From a virus (lineage: Duplodnaviria > Caudoviricetes), in IMG/VR virus record IMGVR_UViG_3300046786_000276, positions 1 through 34,127 of that record: a stretch of 34,127 nt of DNA; one strand, given 5' to 3'. Both the position numbers and the translations under genes were made by a program. Each line of letters begins with the position of its first letter. Position 1 is the stretch's first letter. Below the pieces are notes generated by a model. It saw only the letters and a program-made list of their open reading frames with translations. It made no database searches and was not told where the DNA came from. Shown here piece after piece: positions 6,575 through 15,728 of the stretch.

Positions 6575-6905
6575 GACGCAGCCCACTTTCTGGGTCGATA
6601 ACGGTCAGGATTCGACCCGTGACCCGCGGGTTCGCATACCACCAGCCCGTCGGGCTTTTCTCGGCAATAGCGTCTGCATCACCATCGAAGGCGATCAGAA
6701 CGCCAGCCCGAAGCGAATCGACCAGGGCATGATCCTCGGCAGCGAATGAACGGAACTGGACCCGCTGGGCATAGGCCGTCCCCTTTGCAAGAGTCCGTTG
6801 CTCGAACTCGACAGTCAGCAGCATGACCGGATTTCCAGACTCTGCCGTGTGCATTTCTGCCGCATTCAGAATGCGAGCGAACCCGGTTCCTCTGAGGCTC
6901 CTCAT
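6567..6905 (-). CDS. SSB-like OB-fold protein lacking an acidic tail
   Basis: Pattern TAESGNPVMLLTV...QRVQFRSF...LRAGVLIAFDG resembles the SSB OB fold; recombination-cluster context. Confidence 0.5.
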   Translation of the reverse strand: MRSLRGTGFARILNAAEMHTAESGNPVMLLTVEFEQRTLAKGTAYAQRVQFRSFAAEDHALVDSLRAGVLIAFDGDADAIAEKSPTGWWYANPRVTGRILTVIDPESGLRHG

Positions 6906-7354
6906 TCGATGATGGGCTTGAGGTTTGCCGGTGAGTAGGACGGCGACTTGATGACCTTCCCATCGTTGCGTCGGACGATGAAGCGACCCTCCCCGGCGGG
7001 CCTAGCTTTGGAGTCGCCGGGCACGTTCCCGATTTCGTCCTCGCTCCAGAGCTTGGACATATTCGAGCGGTGGATCTCCCAGACCGCGGCCTCGACTTGC
7101 TGGGCGGTGAACCCGGCGGCCAGGGCGGCCCCGAAGACGACGTAGAGCAGGTCCCCGACGGCGTCGAGGTACTCGACCAGGTTGGTCGCCTCGGCAAGTT
7201 CCTGGGCCTCCTCGTCGATCAGCCGGAACCGTAGGTTCTGGACCTCGGGTGGCGGCATGATGGGACGATTCGGGACGTGTTGCCCGAAGCGTTGCATGAA
7301 CTCTGCGACCAGGTGCATCGGGTGATGGTCGGCGTCTTCCATGATCGGATTCAC
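6902..7354 (-). CDS. MazG-like all-alpha NTP pyrophosphohydrolase
   Basis: LIDEEAQEL, EYLDAVGDLLYVVFG, EIHRSNMSK and DGKVIKSPSY motifs. Confidence 0.85.
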   Translation of the reverse strand: MNPIMEDADHHPMHLVAEFMQRFGQHVPNRPIMPPPEVQNLRFRLIDEEAQELAEATNLVEYLDAVGDLLYVVFGAALAAGFTAQQVEAAVWEIHRSNMSKLWSEDEIGNVPGDSKARPAGEGRFIVRRNDGKVIKSPSYSPANLKPIIE

Positions 7355-8463
7355 GCGACCTCCTTTTCCTGGACCAGCGACGGCGCGGTCTGTTTGGCCT
7401 CGGTGCAGCCTTCGAGGATGCCTTCGAGCTTGGTGTCGAGTTCTCGACCCTTTGTTCCGGTCGCCGACTTCACCGCGTCCTTGAGCTTCGTCTTGGTCAC
7501 GGAGATGGCCTGGACGAATTGCTCCTGGGTGCCTCCGGCTTGGACGAATCGCCCGAAGACGATTTCAGGCTTGGTGATGGACTCGCGGATCGACCCGGGC
7601 TTGAGCTTCCACCCTGGGATCGTTCCACCGGCCTCCAGGATCCGGCGGGCCTTCCCGCGGACGGATTCGATCACGGCCTCGGCGAGTGGCGCGACCTCCA
7701 GGAAGCGGGCCACCTGTTCCGGGCTCATGACGATCTCGCCGGACTCTTTCTGCACGGTGGCCGGCAGCGTCTCGACGACGGCTTGGGCCTCCGGGCAGAT
7801 CGGTTTCGCCTTGCAGTATTTGCAAGCCTCGGTCGATGGGACCCGCGGCTGTCCTGGGCGTTTCACCCGGGACATCAGGTCGTTGATCTGGACGCGAGCC
7901 TGGTCGAGGTCCTCGCGGTTGTAGGTGCAGGTCGAAGGCTCACCGGCCAACGGCTGGATGATTGCGACCGTGATTTCCTCCGTGCCTTCCCAGTATTCGT
8001 CGATCAGGACGGCCAGGGCGCGAAGCTGGAGGTTTCCGGTGGCGTGTTCGACGGACCCGCGTCCGGTCTTGTAGTCGGCGATCAGGGCGCGATTCCCGAC
8101 GTTGTGGACCACGTCCGGTTTCCCAGACCAGAGGCGATTCCAGTCCGCATCGTAGGACCAGAACCTTCGTTCGCGGATGGTCCGTTCCGGTTTCGTGTTG
8201 AACAGGGACCGGATCAGAATGGTTTCCTGTTGGCTGCACCGATCCACGATCTCCGATTCCTCGGAGGTTAGAACGATGAGGTCTTGCGGGTATTTGTGAA
8301 GGTTCTCGCCGGCCAGGACGGCGTGGATCCGGTTGCCCGTGGTAGCGTCGGAGGATGAGACCTCCGGCTCGGTGACCTGTTGCTCCAGGAGGAACGACCC
8401 GGGGCAAACGGCGTATCGCGCAGCAGATGACGCAGACGGAAGCCCTTGACGTTCGTCGCTCAC
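7351..8463 (-). CDS. DUF2800 Cas4-like PD-(D/E)XK exonuclease
   Basis: SASSAARYAVCPGS, GNRIH, GKPD...IADYKTG, QLRALA, CKYCKAKPIC (four Cys for an Fe-S staple). Confidence 0.85.
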   Translation of the reverse strand: MSDERQGLPSASSAARYAVCPGSFLLEQQVTEPEVSSSDATTGNRIHAVLAGENLHKYPQDLIVLTSEESEIVDRCSQQETILIRSLFNTKPERTIRERRFWSYDADWNRLWSGKPDVVHNVGNRALIADYKTGRGSVEHATGNLQLRALAVLIDEYWEGTEEITVAIIQPLAGEPSTCTYNREDLDQARVQINDLMSRVKRPGQPRVPSTEACKYCKAKPICPEAQAVVETLPATVQKESGEIVMSPEQVARFLEVAPLAEAVIESVRGKARRILEAGGTIPGWKLKPGSIRESITKPEIVFGRFVQAGGTQEQFVQAISVTKTKLKDAVKSATGTKGRELDTKLEGILEGCTEAKQTAPSLVQEKEVA

Positions 8464-8861
8464 AGGCTTGTCCCTTTCTCAATGGTCACGGTCGCACCGT
8501 GTTGCTTGATGGTCTGTTGGAACTTGTTGAGGGCCTTTTCGACAGAAGCCTCGGCACGATCACGGTCCACGTCTTCCTGAGTCGTAACGAACGGGAGGTT
8601 TTCCTGGTTCGGATCTTCGAGCTTGCCGACCGACTCGAACTTGCGGCGAACAGACACCGGCATCGAAATCACCACGGAGTTGCCGTCGAGATCCCATTTG
8701 GCGGTGATTGCCAGGGACAGGATCGCTTTGCCGTTCTCGCGTTCCTGGGCGTCTTCCATCGTGGCGTTGATCGACTCGTTGATCTGGTCCCTGGCCTCCT
8801 CGATGAGTCCAGGGATGCGGCCGGCGATCAGCGCGGCCAATTCTGCAATGCGGTCGCTCAC
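8460..8861 (-). CDS. Hypothetical protein
   Basis: 133 aa, overlapping both neighbours by 4 nt. Confidence 0.6.
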   Translation of the reverse strand: MSDRIAELAALIAGRIPGLIEEARDQINESINATMEDAQERENGKAILSLAITAKWDLDGNSVVISMPVSVRRKFESVGKLEDPNQENLPFVTTQEDVDRDRAEASVEKALNKFQQTIKQHGATVTIEKGTSL

Positions 8862-9931
8862 TTAGCGCCCCCCTTCAGTTGGGTGACCAAGCCTTTCGGA
8901 CTGCGGAGGATGCGGTTGGCAATTTGATCGGAGACCTCGGACCAGTCATTGATCGGAGCAGAATGGAACCCGATGGCAATGGCCCACTCGCTGAACTGTT
9001 GCAGGGTGAACCCGGCACCGGTCACGACAGCGGCCAGGCGTTCCTGCGGTGTTCCTGCGGGCTCCTCTGCTTTGACCTCAGGCTTCACCTCGGAAACAAC
9101 CGGCGCGGGCGTGGCGGGCTGTTCCTGCGACGGGGCGGTTGCCTTGGGGGCATCAGTGAAGACCGGGCGGCCCTCGTTTTTCTGCGCACCAGGGAACGCT
9201 TCTTCGAGGCTGACCTCGCCGTCTTTGATGCTGGTGCCGAGACCGATCAGGATCTCCAGCTTGTCCAGGTCAATGTCCTCGACCTTTTCGGCACCGACCG
9301 CAGCCAGGATGGCAGCATCCTTTGCCCCCATTTGCTTCAGTCGGCCCAGCACCTGGGACCGCTTGGTCGTTAGGCTCTTAACGTCACCAACCGCCACCCG
9401 CTTGGCAGCATCGAACACGGGGTTGATCAACGCTCTCGGCACCACCCGGAACACGGCATTGCGCAGGGCAATCGAACAAGCGGCGTTGCCTGTGACTGCG
9501 ATCATGTCGTCGCTGAACCGCTCGCCCCGTTTGTTTGTAACCCGGCGTCGGACCTCAATGGAAACCGCGACATTGTTCTCCAGGTCATGCACCACGGCCT
9601 GGGCGACGATGAACTTCCCATCGTCCGCGATGATCCGGGACCCGGCTTTGACGTGCTGGTAGCTTGCCAGGGCAATCTCGGCCATGCGAACCGACGGACC
9701 CTGAATTGGCTTGTCGTCCCCACCCCTGCGAGCCGGGAGCGTGTAGAAACACGAAGCAGCGGTTTCCTCGTCGAGGGTGGCAAAAGACAGCATTCGCTGC
9801 TTCACCGCTGACAACGTGCGCGGATATTTTCGGGCGGTTGATATCTGAACGTCTACCTGGGCGCGTTCGATGGCTCCGAGTGCGTCGTTCTGCACGATCT
9901 CGACCTGTTGCGTTTCATTGTTCTCGTTCAT
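8858..9931 (-). CDS. Putative single-strand annealing/recombination protein
   Basis: Start MNENNETQQV (ATG 9931); conserved phage family (QISTARKYPR...GPSVRMAE...ALRNAVFRVVP) with a Pro/Ala linker; function inferred from adjacency to the exonuclease. Confidence 0.5.
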   Translation of the reverse strand: MNENNETQQVEIVQNDALGAIERAQVDVQISTARKYPRTLSAVKQRMLSFATLDEETAASCFYTLPARRGGDDKPIQGPSVRMAEIALASYQHVKAGSRIIADDGKFIVAQAVVHDLENNVAVSIEVRRRVTNKRGERFSDDMIAVTGNAACSIALRNAVFRVVPRALINPVFDAAKRVAVGDVKSLTTKRSQVLGRLKQMGAKDAAILAAVGAEKVEDIDLDKLEILIGLGTSIKDGEVSLEEAFPGAQKNEGRPVFTDAPKATAPSQEQPATPAPVVSEVKPEVKAEEPAGTPQERLAAVVTGAGFTLQQFSEWAIAIGFHSAPINDWSEVSDQIANRILRSPKGLVTQLKGGAK

Positions 9932-10071
9932 TTTTCCTTCCTCGGCCGGCCACCCTTTTTGCCATTGCGGCGGGCGGCTGCGGCCTTTTTCTTCGACGTG
10001 CTGCGCCCCATCTCTCTGGCGAGGTCGCCAGGGCTTGCGGCGAAGGTTGAATTGCAGACAGGGCATCGCAT
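9928..10071 (-). CDS. 47-aa basic protein with CxxC and AT-hook-like NGKKGGRPRK
   Basis: My own translation: MRCPVCNSTFAASPGDLAREMGRSTSKKKAAAARRNGKKGGRPRKEK; the stop overlaps the next ATG (ATGA). Below the ORF-track size cutoff. Confidence 0.7.
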   Translation of the reverse strand: MRCPVCNSTFAASPGDLAREMGRSTSKKKAAAARRNGKKGGRPRKEK

Positions 10072-10082
10072 CGTCGGGTCAG

Positions 10083-10111
10083 GAAATAACCCAACGATGG
10101 GTTCAATGCAA
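10083..10111 (-). promoter_or_regulatory. Putative promoter with a palindromic operator in the spacer
   Basis: TTGCAT-17 bp-TATTTC; inverted repeat AACCCA-acga-TGGGTT at 10088-10103; sits at the structural/early boundary. Confidence 0.5.
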
Positions 10112-10120
10112 GGCCTGATT

Positions 10121-13048
10121 TTACGGCATCGAACCCCGTGGCGGATAGTATTCGTCCACCTCGACGTAGTATTCGTGGTAAATCAGGATCGACTCGTTTG
10201 ACCCACCAACATCTGCCTTGGCGTAGAGCCGCTTGTTCCGACCCACAGCGACGGTCGTAGTGGTCGCGGCCACGTTGGTGAACGCCCCGACAGGTTGCCC
10301 AAGGTTCACGATGGAATACTTGATTTGAGCCCCTGCGGTCGTCGTCGTGAGCGTGACTGAAATCGGGAACTGACCAGCCCGGAAACCGATGCCTGGAGGG
10401 CTGAAGCTCGGCGCGGATGTCTCGGTGTTGTTCTGTTTGATGTTGATCGTCACCGCGGTTGTCCCGCCCCCTGCGGTGAGTTGTTTGATTCGGATTCGTC
10501 CAGACCTGTCGAGGCCGGCCATGAAGACCAACCAAGCGCCTTTGGTTGGCAAAGTGAACTCACAGGTGACTTTCTGGATGCTCGAATCGGTGTAGTCAGC
10601 AGACCACAAAGTCAGTTCTGAAGACCCGTTTTTTGCGTACAGTCGAGCCCCGGTGAGGTCAGCGGATAGGTCGGTGATGGTGGCGTCAACGCGGAAACGA
10701 TCAGTGACTTCGAAGTGTCCGGTGAAGTCCGTAATTTCCGTCCAGGTGTTTGCCGTGACGCTGGTTAGTTTTTGGACCGATGTAAACGTGGTCGTCGGTG
10801 CGTAGGGATCGGCGAACGTGTAGGAAATGTTCGGGCAGAGCGTCGTGTTCGACAGGTCAGCAACCGACTCGGCATTGGCAGATTGAAGCCTGAACGTAGC
10901 TGTCGAAAGGTTCTCCAGGTACGAGACGAACGATTCATGGGTCATGGAGACCAGGTCAGAACGGTAACCGATCCAGACCTTGTCAGCGACGTCCGCTGTC
11001 CTGACCGCGGTGCCATACCTGGCCCGTCGAACCTTCAGCCGATAGAACGATTCCCCGGAGATGATTCGCATCGCTCTCAGAGTGCAGACCTCGAACACCT
11101 TGCGGTCGGAGTTCTTGAAGATCACGACGTACACCGCGTTGTCGTTGATCGCGTCCTCGGTCTGGGTCGAAAGCATTTTCGACAGGTCGGCTGACACCGT
11201 TCCAACGTCCAAAGCGACCCGGAGGTTTTCGGTGTTGTCCTCGTTGCCAGTCGTGACCGTTCCACCCGTGTCCGTGGTCGTCGAAACAAACGATCCGGTG
11301 TTCGGGTAGGTAAACGTCGTCGAATTGACCACCGTGACGGTCACCGTCCCGTCGAAGGTTGCATCGGCAAACCCGTAGATGGTCACCACGTCCCCGGTCG
11401 TCAGATTGTGGGCTGCCGAGGTCGTTACCGTTGCCACATTGGTCGAGCGGCTTCTGGTCGACGTGGCGCGGCTGTAGTACGCCCAGGAGGACTGAACCGT
11501 TCCATGAATTGCAAACTGGTCGATTGGCCCGAGTCGGTAGAACCCGGATGCGTCCTCCTTTTTGAGCCACACATTGGCCCCGGTCGTGACTGGCGAAGTC
11601 CTTGCCACCAACGGGACGACCGCGGCGTCGGTGTCCGAATCGAACATTGCCGGAGGCGGCTGAAAGAACTGTTGCAGCGACAGCGTCTCGTTTGCCGGAT
11701 AGGCACTGCCCTCGTCCGCTGCGCCCGTCTGGGCAAACGGCACAGGAGCCGAGGCCCTGTCAGACTCGAATCGAAGTGTGGCGCGACCTGCGGGAGGCTG
11801 GGCCAATTCCTTGCCAATGCATCGGCAGACGATGGAGACCGACAGCGCGTCGTGGGTTAGCAGGAACAGGTCACCCGGACGGATGCTCGACGCCTTTTCA
11901 GCGCGAACCACCAGCGACCCTGACAGTTTCGGCTCGCCGACGATCTTTTGGTATTCGGCCGCGTGTTCGGCTGCCTGGGTCCGTCGAGTGATCCAGGGGC
12001 GATCGACCTTTGCCGTCCTGGGTTCACCAGTCACCGCCAGGTTGTAACCGGAGACAACAGCCACAGAACCGTCGCGGTAGCTGCGTTCCCGGTCATTGAA
12101 CTTGACCTGGGTCTGGTTGTAGGTCGTCGACCAGCCATCGGCGGTGTAACTCACCTCGTCGATGAGATCGTGAAAGTCGATGGTCGTGGCATCAGTGAAC
12201 GTGGGCGGAGCGGCATTGTGTGGGAACCGCCCGGACTCAATTTCACCGACAGACGAGAACCGCACCCAGCCGTCACAGTAGGCCAGAATGTCGGCCGTGA
12301 TCTGGCGGAGACTCCTTGCCTGAGTCAGCACAGGCGAGATTCCGGTTTCGTCAATCGTTCCCTGGATCGCGGTGGCCGCGGATTGCCAGGTCGTGGAGTC
12401 CGGGCCTCCAGGCGTGTCAGGCGTCAGTGCAGCCCCAAAAACGGGGTCGGTGTAAATGTCAGCCATTGCGGCCACCGGGTTGGCCTGTCCGTCGATCAAC
12501 GTGGCAGGATCTCCCGTCACCATGGTCTGGTTCGGCTTGCGTCGGACAACGACCTCGACGTTGGGCGCGGAGGTTCGCTCTCGTCCGAAAAGGAAGTCTT
12601 TGAGAACGAGGACGGCTTGCCTCCTGTAGGCCGGATGCCCATTCGCTGACAGCCGGGCCTCGCCCACCGTATCGAGAACCTGGTCATCGGTTCCCCAGTA
12701 AAAATACGCTGACCCATACCCATCGACCGTCAACGGGTACGGGTTCGTCGCTGAAGGTCCAACGGTTCGCACCAACGAGTAGCGGACCCAATGGGTTGCT
12801 GTCGGAGGTTTGTTCGCGTTGCTGGTGGTGTGCGCCTGGGTGGCTTTCCAGACGACCCCAAGCCATTGCCGGAGGTCACCGATCGCCACAGTCTGCCCGG
12901 CATTCCAGAACGTGGCAGTCGGCCAAACGATGCGGCCGTCCACCAGGATGGCGACCAGTTCGTCGACCGGTCCCGCGCAAACGATGCCCGCGATGGTGCC
13001 GTAATAGTCGTAAAGCTTGGACCCTGCGTCCCCTCCCTTTTTTGCCAT
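10121..13048 (-). CDS. Tail tip / host-specificity protein (GTA megatron / gpJ-like)
   Basis: 975 aa; HPAYRRQAVLV, ANPVAAMADIYTDPVFGA, VKFNDRERSY, RRARYGT motifs; inserted VATVTTSAAHNLTTGDVVTI beta-domain; C-terminal APSFSP...VTLTTTTAGAQIKYS Ig/FN3-associated-like domain. Confidence 0.8.
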   Translation of the reverse strand: MAKKGGDAGSKLYDYYGTIAGIVCAGPVDELVAILVDGRIVWPTATFWNAGQTVAIGDLRQWLGVVWKATQAHTTSNANKPPTATHWVRYSLVRTVGPSATNPYPLTVDGYGSAYFYWGTDDQVLDTVGEARLSANGHPAYRRQAVLVLKDFLFGRERTSAPNVEVVVRRKPNQTMVTGDPATLIDGQANPVAAMADIYTDPVFGAALTPDTPGGPDSTTWQSAATAIQGTIDETGISPVLTQARSLRQITADILAYCDGWVRFSSVGEIESGRFPHNAAPPTFTDATTIDFHDLIDEVSYTADGWSTTYNQTQVKFNDRERSYRDGSVAVVSGYNLAVTGEPRTAKVDRPWITRRTQAAEHAAEYQKIVGEPKLSGSLVVRAEKASSIRPGDLFLLTHDALSVSIVCRCIGKELAQPPAGRATLRFESDRASAPVPFAQTGAADEGSAYPANETLSLQQFFQPPPAMFDSDTDAAVVPLVARTSPVTTGANVWLKKEDASGFYRLGPIDQFAIHGTVQSSWAYYSRATSTRSRSTNVATVTTSAAHNLTTGDVVTIYGFADATFDGTVTVTVVNSTTFTYPNTGSFVSTTTDTGGTVTTGNEDNTENLRVALDVGTVSADLSKMLSTQTEDAINDNAVYVVIFKNSDRKVFEVCTLRAMRIISGESFYRLKVRRARYGTAVRTADVADKVWIGYRSDLVSMTHESFVSYLENLSTATFRLQSANAESVADLSNTTLCPNISYTFADPYAPTTTFTSVQKLTSVTANTWTEITDFTGHFEVTDRFRVDATITDLSADLTGARLYAKNGSSELTLWSADYTDSSIQKVTCEFTLPTKGAWLVFMAGLDRSGRIRIKQLTAGGGTTAVTINIKQNNTETSAPSFSPPGIGFRAGQFPISVTLTTTTAGAQIKYSIVNLGQPVGAFTNVAATTTTVAVGRNKRLYAKADVGGSNESILIYHEYYVEVDEYYPPRGSMP

Positions 13049-13060
13049 GGTCGTCGGTTC

Positions 13061-13258
13061 CTATTTCTTGCCCGGACGCTCGACCGGGGCTTCCTTCGTG
13101 AACTGGTTGTAAATCGGCGAGATCCACCGGAGCGCGAGTTTGCGCTCACCACAGAACCACGGAATCGAAGCGGCCTCCTGGTTGGTCGAGAAGTCCTCCG
13201 GCTCAGTGTTGCCGTCGTTGATCTGATGATCAGGTTGGTTGCGGGTTTCGCCTTTCAC
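13061..13258 (-). CDS. Small baseplate-associated protein
   Basis: 65 aa between NlpC/P60 and the tail tip; IPWFCGERKLA resembles the N-terminus of tail-tip proteins. Confidence 0.55.
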   Translation of the reverse strand: MKGETRNQPDHQINDGNTEPEDFSTNQEAASIPWFCGERKLALRWISPIYNQFTKEAPVERPGKK

Positions 13259-13707
13259 GGGTTCGGCCTCCAGATGGTCGTCAGTCTCGACCGATAGGTT
13301 GCGTCCTCCACAGTCGACACCGTCGTCCCGATTCCGTCGAGCGCGTGGATGAACCGACCATTGCGGAGCGCGATGCCAAGGTGGTGAACGATGCGACCGA
13401 TCCTGAAGCCCAGCACATCACCGGGCAGGATCTCCGAGTCATGGGGCAATTGCGTGAACCTCTCGGCCATCGCCTCGAAGAACGGGTTGGCGAGCGAGTC
13501 TTCACCAAACCGCCCATGCGAAATCGGAACCTCCGGGATGACAACCTCGCCCCACCCCGCGGCGGCGTAAAGCGCACCGGCCAGCGTGTGGCAGGAAACG
13601 CCCAGGCCCTTGGCGGATGAGTTGGCAGCGAAAGGCGTCCCCACCCAGGTTGCAGCCTCCGCTTCGAGTGCGTCGATACGCTCCTCAGTGAACCAGGTTG
13701 TCGTCAT
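13255..13707 (-). CDS. NlpC/P60 tail-associated peptidase
   Basis: Start MTTTWFTEE (13707); WVGTPF, GVSC (catalytic Cys), PGDVLGF, HHLGI, FIHA. Confidence 0.88.
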   Translation of the reverse strand: MTTTWFTEERIDALEAEAATWVGTPFAANSSAKGLGVSCHTLAGALYAAAGWGEVVIPEVPISHGRFGEDSLANPFFEAMAERFTQLPHDSEILPGDVLGFRIGRIVHHLGIALRNGRFIHALDGIGTTVSTVEDATYRSRLTTIWRPNP

Positions 13708-15728
13708 TTTTTGCCGCCTCCGATGTTCTGCGAGACCTTCACCAGCGACGGATTTGTTGCCGGCATGAACGGATGCCCACCGAAGTTGACGAAGTTGGCG
13801 AACTTGTCCACGCACGTCACCTTCGCCCCATCGCATCCAGGGTACAGTTTGACAGCCGTGAACACCGACGGAAACGGTGAAGGATCTCGGGCCAATGTGA
13901 TGGTGAAGATGCCGGAGGCCGGCACCGTGTTCCCGATGATTGCCCGGCGTGTCAGACTCGCACCGCTTCCAAATTCGGCCCAACCTCCAGAAAACCACCC
14001 GGACGATATCGTAGGCATCGCGCCGGTTGTCCTGGCCAAGTTGAACAGGTCGAAGGTGAATGGATAGCCGATTGTGCCAGGGTTGAGGACGTTGGCAGTG
14101 AACTCCCAGTTGGCTTTGATCAGACCGCAGCCAGGCGAGAACAACGCATGGTTGCAACCCACCTGCATCCTGAACCTCGGATAAATGCGGTCGAACACCG
14201 TCCCAGCGGACACGGCCTTTGCGGTGAGCCTGGACCCTCTGACAGCCAGGCCAATGATGTCCCCGGTGAACAGCACCGTTTCGGATGACCCAGTCGATCC
14301 AGACACGTCGACCGATTTGATCGTCAACCGGACCGGGGCCTCGGCCTGGACTGTTGCCAGCTTGGCGAGTGGATCTCCAGGAACGACCTCGGACCTCAAT
14401 TCGATCTCGTCCCGGTCCAGGAACAACGACTGCTTGACCGTTCCATGATCGACACGTCGGGCCGTGTAGGTGTTCGCCCCAACGGTTAGGTCGGACTCGT
14501 AACTGGTCAGCCTGGTGGTCGTTGTCGTGCCGGAAATCGTCTGGGCAAGCTCGTAAATGTAACCCCGAGCCGTCAGGAGGCCGATGGTCGTCCCCAACGT
14601 CTCGTCGGCTGCCGGTGAGTATTCCGGCGGAAGCTCAACGATTGAGACCGCCCCCTGGGCGACGGACCCCATGATGAATTCCAGCCCGATCCTTGGCTTC
14701 TCGAACCTGGCCAGGACCATCGTCGCAACAACGGTGTCCGAGGCCGTGAAGGCTCCGGGCGCACTCGACAGGTTGACCGTGGTCCCGACAATCGTCGAAG
14801 TCCGAGCGTAGGTCTGAATGCCAGTCCCCTGAACAAATGCCAGGTAATCACCCGGCAGGATTCCGACAGCGGAATTGACCGACAGCGCAGTCGCCCCGGC
14901 CGCGAGGTCTGCCGACATGACAGCAGCCGAGTGCCAGGTTGGAGTCCAGAACGCTTTGCCGGCCCCGTGGTCAGCGAAGAACCTCAACAGCTTCCAGCAT
15001 TCGGCCGATGACTGGGTGATCGTGCGGAACTGAGATTCCCGGACGCTGGTCTGCGGATAGACCGTCTCGAACGGAGTGCGACCAAAGCCCAGTTGCTCCC
15101 GGATGATTCGCACCGAGAACGACTCGGGGACGTCCCGCCAATCCAACGCTGTCGGCCACAACCGAGGGTTGCTCGCATAACCGGCCAGGTTCGGACCACC
15201 CTGGAACGTCTGACTTCCCGGAATCAGAGCGTAAGTCGTTGGGCCGGTCTCGGTGAAGTCGACATCGAACTGGGCGACGGTGGCATTCAGCCAAACCATT
15301 TCCCGATCCTCCAGGCGACCCCAGAACGCTGGAGCAACCATGTCGTCAGCCAACACCCAGCCAGGTTCGACCGACGTGTAAAGCTCCCACGTTGACCAGT
15401 CCGCTTTGTAAGCGATTCGGAGACCTGTCGCCGCAATATTTGCCCGATTTGACCATGTCTCTGCCAAAGGCCAAAAAGGAACGATGATTGGCTGCGCCTG
15501 GTAGGCCCGTAGCGCGTTCTTGAGCGTGAAAGCGTCTGTCCCTTGGATCGTCAGACGAAAACGCACCTTGGCCCGGAGAGTCGCAGCGTGGGGGCGTCGA
15601 GATTCGCGGCCCGTCAGCCCTTCCTCGAACTGACTGACCAGGTCGAAGGTCGCCCCGATTGGCGAGCACCAGTCAGGAGCGTCGTTGAGCAGGAAGACCG
15701 ATTGACCGGCGAAGGTTGTCGAGATCAT
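13704..15728 (-). CDS. Baseplate hub, DUF2163/BR0599-type, with an N-terminal distal-tail-like extension
   Basis: CNHALFSPGCGL and YPGCDGAKVTCVDKFANFVNFGGHPFMP motifs; N-terminal GRESRRP and GAGKAFWTP segments resemble Dit/DUF2460. Confidence 0.8.
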   Translation of the reverse strand: MISTTFAGQSVFLLNDAPDWCSPIGATFDLVSQFEEGLTGRESRRPHAATLRAKVRFRLTIQGTDAFTLKNALRAYQAQPIIVPFWPLAETWSNRANIAATGLRIAYKADWSTWELYTSVEPGWVLADDMVAPAFWGRLEDREMVWLNATVAQFDVDFTETGPTTYALIPGSQTFQGGPNLAGYASNPRLWPTALDWRDVPESFSVRIIREQLGFGRTPFETVYPQTSVRESQFRTITQSSAECWKLLRFFADHGAGKAFWTPTWHSAAVMSADLAAGATALSVNSAVGILPGDYLAFVQGTGIQTYARTSTIVGTTVNLSSAPGAFTASDTVVATMVLARFEKPRIGLEFIMGSVAQGAVSIVELPPEYSPAADETLGTTIGLLTARGYIYELAQTISGTTTTTRLTSYESDLTVGANTYTARRVDHGTVKQSLFLDRDEIELRSEVVPGDPLAKLATVQAEAPVRLTIKSVDVSGSTGSSETVLFTGDIIGLAVRGSRLTAKAVSAGTVFDRIYPRFRMQVGCNHALFSPGCGLIKANWEFTANVLNPGTIGYPFTFDLFNLARTTGAMPTISSGWFSGGWAEFGSGASLTRRAIIGNTVPASGIFTITLARDPSPFPSVFTAVKLYPGCDGAKVTCVDKFANFVNFGGHPFMPATNPSLVKVSQNIGGGKK

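Noticed and set aside
7351-8463. Cas4 as part of a CRISPR system
   Set aside because: No repeat-spacer array or other cas genes; it is a standard phage DUF2800 nuclease.
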